Shown piece by piece: positions 9,969 to 19,978 of a DNA stretch of 64,000 nucleotides (within the stretch, counting starts at the first letter, position 1; each line of letters starts with the position of its first letter). Below the pieces are notes generated by a model, which was not told the DNA's origin, did no database searches, and saw nothing but the letters and a program-made list of their open reading frames with translations. Both the position numbers and the translations under genes were made by a program. Origin of the DNA: an uncultured Candidatus Melainabacteria bacterium. Its GTDB lineage: Bacteria > Cyanobacteriota > Vampirovibrionia > Gastranaerophilales > Gastranaerophilaceae. The stretch covers positions 5,618 to 69,617 of the forward strand of contig CATNBA010000004.1 of assembly GCA_950096985.1 (NCBI GenBank). The letters are read 5' to 3'.

Positions 9969-10101
9969 TAAGTTTTTACAAAACCTAATGTGGCGGGTGG
10001 AGCGGCTACGCTCCGGCTTGCTCGCGTTTAACGGGTGTGCGGTTGTTATCTGCAATGGCTTTGCCATTTTGCTAACAAGCCTCGCCCTCAGCTCGCTCGC
10101 G
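9969..10101. repeat. GC-rich structured REP-like intergenic element
   Basis: 25-nt head matches 58915-58939 at 23/25; hairpins GGAGCG-gcta-CGCTCC and AATGGC-ttt-GCCATT; GCTCGC motifs. Confidence 0.55.
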
Positions 10102-12078
10102 CTATGAACATCCTGAGTATCCGCATTTTAAGCAGATAAAGCATCCTTCTGCCATTTGGATTTCGTTACCGCATTCAGGACATTTTACAGTTTTAATTTC
10201 CCCTGTCGGATTGTATTCATCAACAGTTTCTTCAACTACGACTTCCTCAACCTTTTCTTCTTCTTTCTTTTTATCAAGATTCATCGGTTGGAATTGACGA
10301 GAGTTGTTTCTGTAAACTGTTATACCTTTCAAGTCGTTTTCAAATGCAAGTACATAAGCTTCTTCAATATCTTTGCGTGTTGCATGTTCTTCAAAGTTAA
10401 CTGTTTTTGATACAGCGTTGTCAGTATGAAGTTGGAATGCTGCTTGCATTTTTACGTGCCAGTAAGGTGAAACATCGTGTGCAGTTGTAAAGATATGTTT
10501 AACAACATCAGATACACCGTCAACGTGAGCAACTGAACCTGTTTTTGCAATTTTACCCATTAATTCGTCGGAATAGAAACCGTGTTCAACCGCATAGTCT
10601 TTGAAAATCGGATTAACTTCAAACATTTCAGTATTATCCATAATCAATCTTGAGAATACAAGACCAAATAAAGGTTCAACACCGCCTGATGCTGATGCAA
10701 TCATCGAAATTGTACCGGTAGGTGCGATACATGTTGTTGTAGCGTTTCTTATACCGAATTTTTCGATTTGTGCATCAAGGTCTTTCCATTGTTCATCAGA
10801 AATTTTACCTGCTGATTTACCTTTGTATTTGTTATAAAGGAAGTTTTGACCATCGTATACACTGCCTTTAAAGTTATTGAATTTTCCTCTTTCCTTAGAA
10901 AGTTCTATAGATTCGCATTTTGATTCGTAATCGATAAATTCCATTACTTCAGATGCTAATTGAGTACCCTCTTTTGATGCATATGAAATACCCATTTTCA
11001 TAAGCATATCAGCCCATCCCATAACACCTAAGCCGATTTTTCTGTTATTTTGTACCATTTCGGAAATTTGAGGAAGCGGATAATTATTAACTGCGATTAC
11101 GTTATCAAGGAAACGAATTGCCGTTCTTGTTGTCTCAGCAAGTAAATCCCAGTTGATAACACCGTTTTCAACCATTCTTCCAAGGTTAATTGAGCCTAAG
11201 TTACATGCTTCATAAGAAAGCAAAGGAACTTCTCCACAAGGGTTAGTGGATTCAATCGGACCAACAAGCGGTGTCGGGTTGTCAGCGTTCATTTTGTCAA
11301 TGAATACAATACCGGGTTCGCCAGTTCTCCAAGCACCGTCAATAATCATATCGAATACTTTTTTAGCATCCATTGTGCCTGCAACTTCGCCTGTATGAGG
11401 TGCTATAAGTTCATATTCAGTACCGTTTTTAACAGCTTCCATAAATTTATCTGTTAAAGCAACTGAAATATTAAAGTTGTTTAATTTTGAAGTATCATTT
11501 TTGCAATTAATGAAGTCTAAAATATCAGGGTGATCTACTCTTAAAATACCCATATTAGCACCGCGTCTTGTTCCGCCTTGTTTAACTGCTTCTGTTGCTG
11601 CATTAAATACTTCCATAAATGAAACAGGACCTGATGATACGCCCATAGTTGAACGTACTACACTGTTTTTAGGTCTTAATTTTGAAAATGAAAAACCTGT
11701 ACCGCCGCCTGATTTATGAATAAGTGCGGTGTTTTTAACTGTTTCAAAAATTCCTTCCAAGCTGTCTTCAACAGGCAATACAAAACAAGCTGCCAGTTGA
11801 CCTAATTCTCTACCTGCATTCATCAATGTAGGTGAGTTTGGCATGAAATATCTGTTTGTAATTGCTTTATAAAATCTGTCAGATAATTTATCTACATCAG
11901 ACTGAGATTTTCCGAATTTTAAATCACCTGCTGCGATAGTATCAGCTACACGTCTGAACATATCAGCCGGAGTTTCGGTACAATTTCCGTCTTTATCTCT
12001 TTTTAAATACCTTTTTTCAAGAACTTTCACGGCATTTTCAGAAAGTTCGAGTTTTTCAATACATGTTGTATCAGTCAC
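10102..12078 (-). CDS. nrdJ: Class II (adenosylcobalamin-dependent) ribonucleotide reductase
   Basis: FMPNSPTLMNAG, GGTGFSFS, RRGANMG, TNPCGE, ACNLGSINL, IAPTGTIS, KGITVYR; C-terminal CPECG..EGC..C..CG Zn ribbon; GTG start at 12078 after GGGGAGG. Confidence 0.9.
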   Translation of the reverse strand: MTDTTCIEKLELSENAVKVLEKRYLKRDKDGNCTETPADMFRRVADTIAAGDLKFGKSQSDVDKLSDRFYKAITNRYFMPNSPTLMNAGRELGQLAACFVLPVEDSLEGIFETVKNTALIHKSGGGTGFSFSKLRPKNSVVRSTMGVSSGPVSFMEVFNAATEAVKQGGTRRGANMGILRVDHPDILDFINCKNDTSKLNNFNISVALTDKFMEAVKNGTEYELIAPHTGEVAGTMDAKKVFDMIIDGAWRTGEPGIVFIDKMNADNPTPLVGPIESTNPCGEVPLLSYEACNLGSINLGRMVENGVINWDLLAETTRTAIRFLDNVIAVNNYPLPQISEMVQNNRKIGLGVMGWADMLMKMGISYASKEGTQLASEVMEFIDYESKCESIELSKERGKFNNFKGSVYDGQNFLYNKYKGKSAGKISDEQWKDLDAQIEKFGIRNATTTCIAPTGTISMIASASGGVEPLFGLVFSRLIMDNTEMFEVNPIFKDYAVEHGFYSDELMGKIAKTGSVAHVDGVSDVVKHIFTTAHDVSPYWHVKMQAAFQLHTDNAVSKTVNFEEHATRKDIEEAYVLAFENDLKGITVYRNNSRQFQPMNLDKKKEEEKVEEVVVEETVDEYNPTGEIKTVKCPECGNEIQMAEGCFICLKCGYSGCS

Positions 12079-12213
12079 ATTAACCTCCCCTGTTTTCTTT
12101 ATTTTACAATAATATAACAATTTAGGCAGGGCATGGGTTAATGTGTTAAAAAAGATTTACAAAACTTATATGTATAATTATGTTTGTAGTACAATAAGCC
12201 TTGAGGTACCACA

Positions 12214-13464
12214 TTGAAACATTCAAAACTTACAGCCCTGATATTTATAGCATTGGTTTTAGGTGTTATAGTAGGACACTTTGCCCCTGATTTTGCAGTA
12301 AAAATGAAACCTTTTGCGGTTATTTTTCTGCGAATGGTAAAAATGATTATTGCCCCTTTGCTTTTTGCAACTCTTGTTGTTGGGATTGCAGGACATGGTG
12401 ATGGTAAAAGATTAGGTAAAATCGGGCTTAAAACAGTTATTTATTTTGAAATTGTAACAACCCTCGCTCTTATAATCGGGCTTACTATGGCGAATATATT
12501 CAAGCCGGGTGTAGGGTTTGTTACGGGTAATACACCGCATGCATTGCATATGCAGGAAGCCGGATTGATGGCAGGAGCACAGGCTCATACTTCAATCAGC
12601 GAAATGGTTACGAGTATTTTTCCGACAAGTATTATTGATGCAATGGCACAGGGAAATTTATTGCAGATTGTTGTGTTTTCAATATTCTTTGCACTTGCAA
12701 TTATTGCTGTAGGTAAAAAAGCGCAGCCTGTTGTCGATATTTTAAACTCTGTATCACAGATAATGTTTAAGTTTACCGAATATGTAATGTATTTTGCGCC
12801 ATTAGGGATTTTTGGAGCAATTGCATCAACAATCGGAGCTAATGGATTATCTGTTTTAAAGAGTTATTTTAAAATAATCGGAGCATTATATGTGGCGCTT
12901 GCAGTATTTGTATTTCTTGTTTTGATTATTGCATGTAAAATTGTGAGAATTTCATTCAGAAGTCTTTTGAAGGCTTTACAAGAACCTGCTTTGCTGGCTT
13001 TTACAACTGCAAGTTCAGAGGCAGCTTTCCCGAAAGCTATGGATATTATGGAACGATTTGGAGTTCCGAAAAATATCGTAGGTTTTGTAATGCCGACAGG
13101 ATACACATTTAATCTTGACGGCAGTACGTTATACCTTGCAATGGCTGTTATTTTTTCATCACAGATTGTAGGTATAAATCTTGACTTAAATCAGCAATTA
13201 ATTATAATGTTGGCATTAATGCTTACAAGCAAAGGTGTTGCAGGAGTTCCGAGAGTTTCACTTATCGTACTTGCCGGAACTCTGGCAAGTTTTAATATTC
13301 CTATTTTAGGTGTTGCAATACTTTTGGGTATTGACCAAATCCTTGATATGGGAAGAACTACGGTAAATTTAATCGGAAACTGTGTTGCAACTGTTGTAAT
13401 TGCACGTTGGGAAAGAGTTTTTGATTATGAGAAAATGAGAGAATTTGTTAATAAAGAAAAATAA
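12214..13464 (+). CDS. Dicarboxylate/amino acid:cation symporter (DAACS; GltP/DctA-like)
   Basis: AFTTASSEAAFP, PTGYTFNLDGSTLY, LTSKGVAGVP, DMGRT motifs. Confidence 0.92.
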   Translation: MKHSKLTALIFIALVLGVIVGHFAPDFAVKMKPFAVIFLRMVKMIIAPLLFATLVVGIAGHGDGKRLGKIGLKTVIYFEIVTTLALIIGLTMANIFKPGVGFVTGNTPHALHMQEAGLMAGAQAHTSISEMVTSIFPTSIIDAMAQGNLLQIVVFSIFFALAIIAVGKKAQPVVDILNSVSQIMFKFTEYVMYFAPLGIFGAIASTIGANGLSVLKSYFKIIGALYVALAVFVFLVLIIACKIVRISFRSLLKALQEPALLAFTTASSEAAFPKAMDIMERFGVPKNIVGFVMPTGYTFNLDGSTLYLAMAVIFSSQIVGINLDLNQQLIIMLALMLTSKGVAGVPRVSLIVLAGTLASFNIPILGVAILLGIDQILDMGRTTVNLIGNCVATVVIARWERVFDYEKMREFVNKEK

Positions 13465-13479
13465 AAAAGGGTGAAAATA

Positions 13480-16284
13480 ATGAGCGAAGTAACGAAAAAA
13501 GAGTACAAAGAAACTTTAAATCTGCCGCAAACTACTCTTGCTATGAGAGCAAACGCGACTGTCAGAGAACTTGAAATTCAAAAGTTTTGGGCTGAAAATG
13601 ATATTTATAATAAAATTATTAATCAGCGTGATAAGGCAAATAAGTTTATTCTTCACGATGGTCCTCCGTATTTGAGTTCCGAAAAAATTCACGTAGGTAC
13701 TGCATTGAATAAAATTCTTAAAGATATTCTTTTAAAATATAAAGCTCAAGCAGGTTTTTATACTCCGTATGTTCCTGGTTATGACGGGCACGGACTACCT
13801 ATCGAAAATGCCGTTGTTAAAAATATTAAAGGCGGAAGAAGTGCTTTAACTCCTTACGAATTAAGACAAAAATGCCGTGAATTTGCTCATAAAAACTTAA
13901 AAGGTCAGGAAAGCGAATTCAAACGTTTAGGTGTTCTTGGAAATTGGGAAAATCCTTATTTGACAATTAATCCTGAATTTGAGGCTGAACAGGTTAGAGT
14001 TTTTGGCGACATGTTCAAAAAAGGTTACGTAGAGAAAGGCTTGAAACCTGTTTATTGGTGTGCATCTTGCGAAACAGCTCTTGCAGAAGCAGAGGTTGAA
14101 TATGCAGACCATACTTCAACTTCAATTTATGTAAGATTTAAGTTTGACGAAGAAAGCACAGAAAAAATTAATAAAATTGTTGACCTTGGCGGAAAAGATG
14201 CTTATGCAATCATCTGGACAACAACTCCTTGGACAATTCCTTCAAATATGGCAATCAGTATGCACCCGAAATTTGAATATACTTGGTTTGAAAAAGACGG
14301 TGATGTTTATGTTGTTGCTCAGGAATTGTTAGGATCATTCTTGTCTGATGTTGAGTGGCAGGAAAGCGATATCAAAGTTATAGGCTCTTGTGTTGGTCAA
14401 GATTTGGAACTTTTGAACACGAGACATCCGTTAGTTGACAGAAAATCTCCGATAATCTTGGGTGAACACGTTACGTTAGAAGCTGGTACAGGTTCTGTTC
14501 ACACTGCTCCTGGTCACGGTCTTGAAGACTATGAAGTCGGCTGCAGATATGGTATAGAAGTATTTTCTCCGTTAGACAGCAAAGGTGTTTGGACAGAAGC
14601 TGTTAAAGATAAGGATTTGGAAGGTGTTCCATACTACAAAGGAAATTCAATAGTTATTGAAAAACTCCAAAATTGTGGGGCATTATTGAAACAGCAGGAT
14701 ATCAACCACAGTTATCCGCACTGTTGGAGATGTAAAAATCCTGTAATTTACCGTGCAACTCCTCAATGGTTTGTTAAGGTAGACAAATTCAGAGATACAA
14801 CTCTTGATGCAATTAAAAATGTAAAATGGATTCCTGCAAGCGGTGAGGCAAGAATTTCTAACATGGTTGCAGGACGCACAGACTGGTGTATTTCACGTCA
14901 GCGTGCATGGGGTGTTCCAATTCCTGTATTCTATTGTGACGATTGCGGAGAAGTTATCGTAACTGATGAAACTATCGAAAATGTTGCAAAAATCTTTGAA
15001 AAAGAAAGCAGTGATGCATGGGTAAATTACTCTGTTGAGGAATTATTGCCAGAAGGTTTCAAATGCCCTAAGTGCGGCAAAAACCATTTCAAAAAAGAAA
15101 ACGACATTATGGACGTTTGGTTTGATTCAGGCATTACATGGCGCGCGGTTGTTAACAAACGCTCCGAAGAATTAGGCACAACTCCTGTTGAAATGTATTT
15201 GGAAGGTTCTGACCAGCACAGAGGATGGTTCCAGTCATCATTATTGACTTCAATCGCTACTCAAGGTATTGCACCTTACAAATCAGTTCTTACCCACGGT
15301 TTTGTATTCGGTGAAGACGGTAGAAAAATGTCTAAATCTCTTGGCAATTACATCAGACCTGATGAAATTATTAATACATACGGTGCTGATATTTTAAGAC
15401 TTTGGGCAGCATCCGTTGATTACAGAAATGATACAAAAATCGGTAACAATATTATTAAACAGCTTGCCGAAATCTTTAAGAAAACAAGAAATACATCTCG
15501 TTTCTTGCTTGGAAACTTGTTCGATTTCGACCCTGCTGTTGACTATGTTGAATACAAAGATTTAAAAGCAATCGACAAATTCGCATTACACAAACTGAAC
15601 GCATTGATTGAAAGCGTTACAGAGGCATTTGATAATTACGAATTCTACAAATACTTCCAGCAATTGCAAAATTTTGCCGCAGTTGATTTAAGCTCATTCT
15701 ATCTAGATATTGTAAAAGACAGATTGTACACAGCAGGCAAAAAATCACTTTCACGTCGTGCATGTCAAACTGTATTGTTTGAAATCTTGCAGACATTAGT
15801 CAGAATGCTTGTTCCTGTAATGCCTCACCAGGCAGAAGATATTTGGATGAGTGTTCCTGAATGTCAGCGCGGCGGATTGGAAAGCATCTTGCTTTCTGAT
15901 TGGGTGAAAGCAAATTCCGAGTGGACAAACGCTCAACTTGAAGAAGATTTTGCAAAAATCTTGAAAGCCCGTGAAGTTGTTACACGCGCAATTGAACCTT
16001 TGAGAGCTGAAAAACACGTTGGAAGTTCATTGGAAGTTGCGGTTTATGTAAACTCTGATGAACCTGTTTTGAAAGCAAATGAGGATGAACTTTGCAATAT
16101 ATTTATCACTTCTCAGGCTTATGTAAGATCTGAAAAACCTGAAAATGTATTAAATGAATATACAGAAGACGGTTACACTGTATGGGTTACAAAAGCCCAA
16201 GGTGAAAAGTGCGAACGCTGTTGGAAATATAGAAAACTTAATTCCGACGGAATTTGTGATGAATGTGATGAAGCAGTAAAATAA
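13480..16284 (+). CDS. ileS: Isoleucyl-tRNA synthetase (type 1)
   Basis: HDGPPY..HVGT, GYDGHGLPIE, WTTTPWT, EGSDQHRGWFQSS, KMSKS, C-terminal KCERCW Zn finger. Confidence 0.97.
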   Translation: MSEVTKKEYKETLNLPQTTLAMRANATVRELEIQKFWAENDIYNKIINQRDKANKFILHDGPPYLSSEKIHVGTALNKILKDILLKYKAQAGFYTPYVPGYDGHGLPIENAVVKNIKGGRSALTPYELRQKCREFAHKNLKGQESEFKRLGVLGNWENPYLTINPEFEAEQVRVFGDMFKKGYVEKGLKPVYWCASCETALAEAEVEYADHTSTSIYVRFKFDEESTEKINKIVDLGGKDAYAIIWTTTPWTIPSNMAISMHPKFEYTWFEKDGDVYVVAQELLGSFLSDVEWQESDIKVIGSCVGQDLELLNTRHPLVDRKSPIILGEHVTLEAGTGSVHTAPGHGLEDYEVGCRYGIEVFSPLDSKGVWTEAVKDKDLEGVPYYKGNSIVIEKLQNCGALLKQQDINHSYPHCWRCKNPVIYRATPQWFVKVDKFRDTTLDAIKNVKWIPASGEARISNMVAGRTDWCISRQRAWGVPIPVFYCDDCGEVIVTDETIENVAKIFEKESSDAWVNYSVEELLPEGFKCPKCGKNHFKKENDIMDVWFDSGITWRAVVNKRSEELGTTPVEMYLEGSDQHRGWFQSSLLTSIATQGIAPYKSVLTHGFVFGEDGRKMSKSLGNYIRPDEIINTYGADILRLWAASVDYRNDTKIGNNIIKQLAEIFKKTRNTSRFLLGNLFDFDPAVDYVEYKDLKAIDKFALHKLNALIESVTEAFDNYEFYKYFQQLQNFAAVDLSSFYLDIVKDRLYTAGKKSLSRRACQTVLFEILQTLVRMLVPVMPHQAEDIWMSVPECQRGGLESILLSDWVKANSEWTNAQLEEDFAKILKAREVVTRAIEPLRAEKHVGSSLEVAVYVNSDEPVLKANEDELCNIFITSQAYVRSEKPENVLNEYTEDGYTVWVTKAQGEKCERCWKYRKLNSDGICDECDEAVK

Positions 16285-16285
16285 G

Positions 16286-16308
16286 AAGAGCCGAAAGGCT
16301 CTTTTTTT
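16286..16308 (+). terminator. Intrinsic terminator of ileS
   Basis: AAGAGCC-gaaa-GGCTCTTTTTTT. Confidence 0.9.
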
Positions 16309-16336
16309 ATATTACAAAATGTTAACAATTGCTGTC

Positions 16337-16370
16337 ATGTTTTAAAGATTTAGGTAAAAAGTGTCGTAAC
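16337..16370 (+). promoter_or_regulatory. Putative sigma28-like promoter
   Basis: ATGTTTTAAAGATT...GTCGTAAC; same TAAA-N18-CGTAA spacing found upstream of the paralogue at 55150-56952. Confidence 0.45.
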
Positions 16371-16403
16371 CATGAGTATAGCACTATTATAAGGACAAAA
16401 AAA

Positions 16404-17645
16404 ATGGGAATGGCAGCATCACAAGCAAGATTACTAAGCATAACAGCCCGATTGACAAACAATGAAAATACGGGTCAGGCTGTATCATATTCTAAACAAA
16501 GACTTGCAGATCAAACTCAACAGATTACTAATGAGTATAATGAAGCTCTTGATGCTACCAAATTGACTGTTTTAACAGGTTTTAACGGAGCACAGGCAAA
16601 CTATGAGGATATTTCTTATAATCTTATGACAGGTTTGCGTATGGCTGAAAATTCAAAACAATATGTTGTAACTGATACTAAAGGAAGGGTTTTGGTTACT
16701 AACGAGATTGCAAAAGCTTATGAAAAGAGCAAAGGTGATTATAACAGTTTTCTTGCACAATTGGGATATTCACAATCCGATATGATTATTCAAAATACAG
16801 ATGATTTTACAGATGCACAAAAAGATGTTGCAGGACAGAAAATTCACGAAGCTTGGGATAAATATTTTGCAACTGTTGGAATAAATCTTGGTGATTATGA
16901 ACATGATACATTCCGAGATGAGTTCCAGTGGAATAATACATTTAGAAATGGAACAGATGTTTCTGAAGTAGGTGACGGTTATACTGCATATAAAGATAAA
17001 GATGGTAAATGGCAGCCGATTAACTATGAAGGTACAACTCAGGAATCCCGAGATTTATATGAATACGCAATGGCAATTACTGAGGCATTTTTACGTACAA
17101 CTAATGATGCGCATAATAAACCATATATTATGTCAGGTGCAGATGCAATAAAATCAGCAGCTGACCCTGACAATGCCAGTGCTATCAAATATTACCAAAA
17201 TATATTTAACAAAATTCAGTCTAGCGGATACTTTACGTATACAAACACTCCGGCAGAAATTGATGAAAACCACCTTTATACATCAGAAGGTACCGGTACA
17301 AAAGGTAATGTTAAAAAGAACCCGCTTAAAGATAATTACACATTTGAAGCAGCATTGCGCGACGGCTCTTTAAGACTTGAATACTACTCATCTACAGATA
17401 AAGCGTTCAAATCAACTACAATCTCCGAAGATAATTGTATTCAGGAAGTTGCAGATGAAAGAGCGATTGCAAAAGCAGAAACAAAATACACTCAAGACAT
17501 GGCTGATTTAGAAAATAAAGATAAGAAATTAGACCTTGAGCTCAAAAAGCTTGATACAGAACACAATGCACTTCAAACAGAATATGATGCTGTAAAAAGT
17601 GTTGTAGATAAAAACGTTGAAAGTTCATTTAAAATCTTTTCATAA
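16404..17645 (+). CDS. MGxAAxQARLLSIT-family protein with conserved helical termini and variable core
   Basis: ATG at 16404 after AAGGA; N- and C-termini align with 55150-56952. Confidence 0.85.
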   Translation: MGMAASQARLLSITARLTNNENTGQAVSYSKQRLADQTQQITNEYNEALDATKLTVLTGFNGAQANYEDISYNLMTGLRMAENSKQYVVTDTKGRVLVTNEIAKAYEKSKGDYNSFLAQLGYSQSDMIIQNTDDFTDAQKDVAGQKIHEAWDKYFATVGINLGDYEHDTFRDEFQWNNTFRNGTDVSEVGDGYTAYKDKDGKWQPINYEGTTQESRDLYEYAMAITEAFLRTTNDAHNKPYIMSGADAIKSAADPDNASAIKYYQNIFNKIQSSGYFTYTNTPAEIDENHLYTSEGTGTKGNVKKNPLKDNYTFEAALRDGSLRLEYYSSTDKAFKSTTISEDNCIQEVADERAIAKAETKYTQDMADLENKDKKLDLELKKLDTEHNALQTEYDAVKSVVDKNVESSFKIFS

Positions 17646-17709
17646 AGCTTACAATTTGGTAGGGAAAATCTAACCAATATTGTTCGACGTGGCTATACGT
17701 ACGCAGTAC

Positions 17710-17740
17710 AAAAAAAGACCCTCAAATGAGGGTCTTTTTT
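17710..17740. terminator. Bidirectional intrinsic terminator
   Basis: AAAAAAGACCCTCA-aa-TGAGGGTCTTTTTT between convergent genes. Confidence 0.9.
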
Positions 17741-17756
17741 ATTTATCATTGAAAAA

Positions 17757-19844
17757 CTAAGCTTTAGCGCCAGACTTTTCAATAATTTCTTTTTCTACGT
17801 TAGCAGGAACTTGTTCGTAATGGTCAAATTCCATTGAGAATGTTCCACGTCCTTGAGTGTTTGATCTCAAGTCTGTTGCGTAACCGAACATATTTGCAAG
17901 AGGAACCATAGATCTTACGATTACGTTTCCTGTATTGCCTTGAGGTTCTTGACCTTCAATACGTCCACGTCTTCTTGAAATATCACCGATAATTGTACCT
18001 GTGAATTCATCAGGAATTTCGATTTCAACTTTCATCATAGGTTCAAGAATACAAGGTTGAGCTTTGCGGCAGCCTTCTTTGATTGCCATAGAACCTGCGA
18101 TTTTGAACGCCATTTCTGAAGAGTCGACTTCGTGGTAAGAACCATCGTAAAGTTCAACTTTAACGTCAATCATCGGGAACCCTGCTAAGATACCGCCTTC
18201 AAGAGCTTCTTCCATACCTTTTCTTGCAGGTTCGATGTATTCACGAGGAACAGCACCACCAACGATTTTGTTTTCGAATACAAATCCTGCATTTTCTTCA
18301 GCAGGTGCAATTCTAACTTTAACGTGACCGTATTGACCTTTACCACCTGATTGACGGATGAATTTAGAGTCTTGGTCAGCGTTTCCGCGGATTGTTTCAC
18401 GGTAAGCAACCTGAGGTTTACCAATGTTAGCTTCAACTTTGAATTCTCTTAACATACGGTCTACGATGATGTCAAGGTGAAGTTCGCCCATACCTGAAAT
18501 GATTGTCTGACCTGTTTCAGTATCAGATTTAACTCTGAATGACGGATCTTCTTCAGCCAATTTTTGAAGAGCAATACCCATTTTGTCCTGGTCAGCTTTT
18601 GTTTTAGGTTCGATAGCAACAGAGATAACAGGTTCGGGGAAAGACATTCTTTCTAAGATGATAGGTGCTTTTTCGTCGCATAATGTATCACCTGTAGTTG
18701 TATCTTTCAAACCAACTGCTGCACAGATGTCGCCAGCGTAAACTTCTTGTTCTTCCTGTCTTTGGTCGGCATACATACGAACTAAACGTGCGATACGTTC
18801 TTTTTTGCCGTTAGTTGCGTTAAGAACATAAGAACCTGATGTGATTACACCTGAGTAAACTCTTAAGAATGTTAAACGACCTACATAAGGGTCAGTCATA
18901 ACTTTGAATGCAAGAGCTGAGAACGGTTCATCATCTGATGAATGTCTTTCTGTTTTAGTTCCGTCTTCAAGTTCGCCTTCGATAGCTTTTACATCAACTG
19001 GTGATGGCATGTAATAAACTACGTTGTTCAACAATAACTGAACACCTTTGTTTTTAAATGCTGTACCACAGCAAACAGGAACGATTTTGTTTTCGCAAAC
19101 AGCTTTTCTCAAGCCTGCTCTTAATTCGTCAACTGTGATAGCTTCAGGATCTTCAAAGAATTTTTCCATCAAAGCATCGTCTTCTGATGCGATAGCTTCA
19201 ACCATTGCATCTCTGTATTCTTTTGCTTTTTCAGCTAATTCTGCAGGAATTTCTTCTTCTCTGATATCTGTACCCAAATCGTTTGTATAAATTTCAGCTT
19301 TCATTGTCATTAAATCAATCAAACCTGTAAATTTATCTTCAGCACCGATAGGCAATTGGATAGGAACAGCATTAGCACCAAGTCTGTTTTGGATTTGGTC
19401 TACAACTCTGTAGAAGTCTGCACCAGTTCTATCCATTTTGTTTACGAATACCATACGTGGAACTTCGTAACGGTTTGCTTGTCTCCAAACTGTTTCTGAT
19501 TGAGATTGAACACCGCCAACCGCACAGAATACAGCAACAACGCCGTCTAATACACGAAGTGAACGTTCAACTTCGATAGTGAAGTCAACGTGACCCGGTG
19601 TGTCGATGATGTTAATTTGGTGTCCTTGCCATTCGGCAGTTACGGCTGCTGATTGGATTGTAATACCACGTTCTTTTTCTTGTTCCATAAAGTCAGTTAC
19701 AGCTGCACCATCGTGAGTTTCACCGATTTTGTGGGTTTTACCTGTGTAAAACAAAATACGTTCAGTAGTAGTGGTTTTACCTGCATCGATGTGAGCGGCA
19801 ATACCAATGTTTCTGATTTTTTCTAATGGAGTTTTTCTTGCCAT
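17757..19844 (-). CDS. fusA: Elongation factor G
   Basis: [55 protein letters not shown]. Confidence 0.97.
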   Translation of the reverse strand: MARKTPLEKIRNIGIAAHIDAGKTTTTERILFYTGKTHKIGETHDGAAVTDFMEQEKERGITIQSAAVTAEWQGHQINIIDTPGHVDFTIEVERSLRVLDGVVAVFCAVGGVQSQSETVWRQANRYEVPRMVFVNKMDRTGADFYRVVDQIQNRLGANAVPIQLPIGAEDKFTGLIDLMTMKAEIYTNDLGTDIREEEIPAELAEKAKEYRDAMVEAIASEDDALMEKFFEDPEAITVDELRAGLRKAVCENKIVPVCCGTAFKNKGVQLLLNNVVYYMPSPVDVKAIEGELEDGTKTERHSSDDEPFSALAFKVMTDPYVGRLTFLRVYSGVITSGSYVLNATNGKKERIARLVRMYADQRQEEQEVYAGDICAAVGLKDTTTGDTLCDEKAPIILERMSFPEPVISVAIEPKTKADQDKMGIALQKLAEEDPSFRVKSDTETGQTIISGMGELHLDIIVDRMLREFKVEANIGKPQVAYRETIRGNADQDSKFIRQSGGKGQYGHVKVRIAPAEENAGFVFENKIVGGAVPREYIEPARKGMEEALEGGILAGFPMIDVKVELYDGSYHEVDSSEMAFKIAGSMAIKEGCRKAQPCILEPMMKVEIEIPDEFTGTIIGDISRRRGRIEGQEPQGNTGNVIVRSMVPLANMFGYATDLRSNTQGRGTFSMEFDHYEQVPANVEKEIIEKSGAKA

Positions 19845-19978
19845 TTTGTTTTTTCCTTTTTTATATTGTGTACTTCGCTATTATATATTTTTAGCTTCAC
19901 TTAAAATTATCACACAAACATGTATTTTTACAAACGCATTGTTTGAATTTTTTTAATATTTGCAATATAATAAGTGTT

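Noticed and set aside
12079-12213. Possible cobalamin riboswitch upstream of nrdJ
   Set aside because: Region is short, AT-rich and lacks B12-box motifs
16329-16403. Upstream TTG start for the 438 aa ORF
   Set aside because: The extension overlaps the promoter motif and lacks an RBS; the paralogue alignment begins at the Met at 16404
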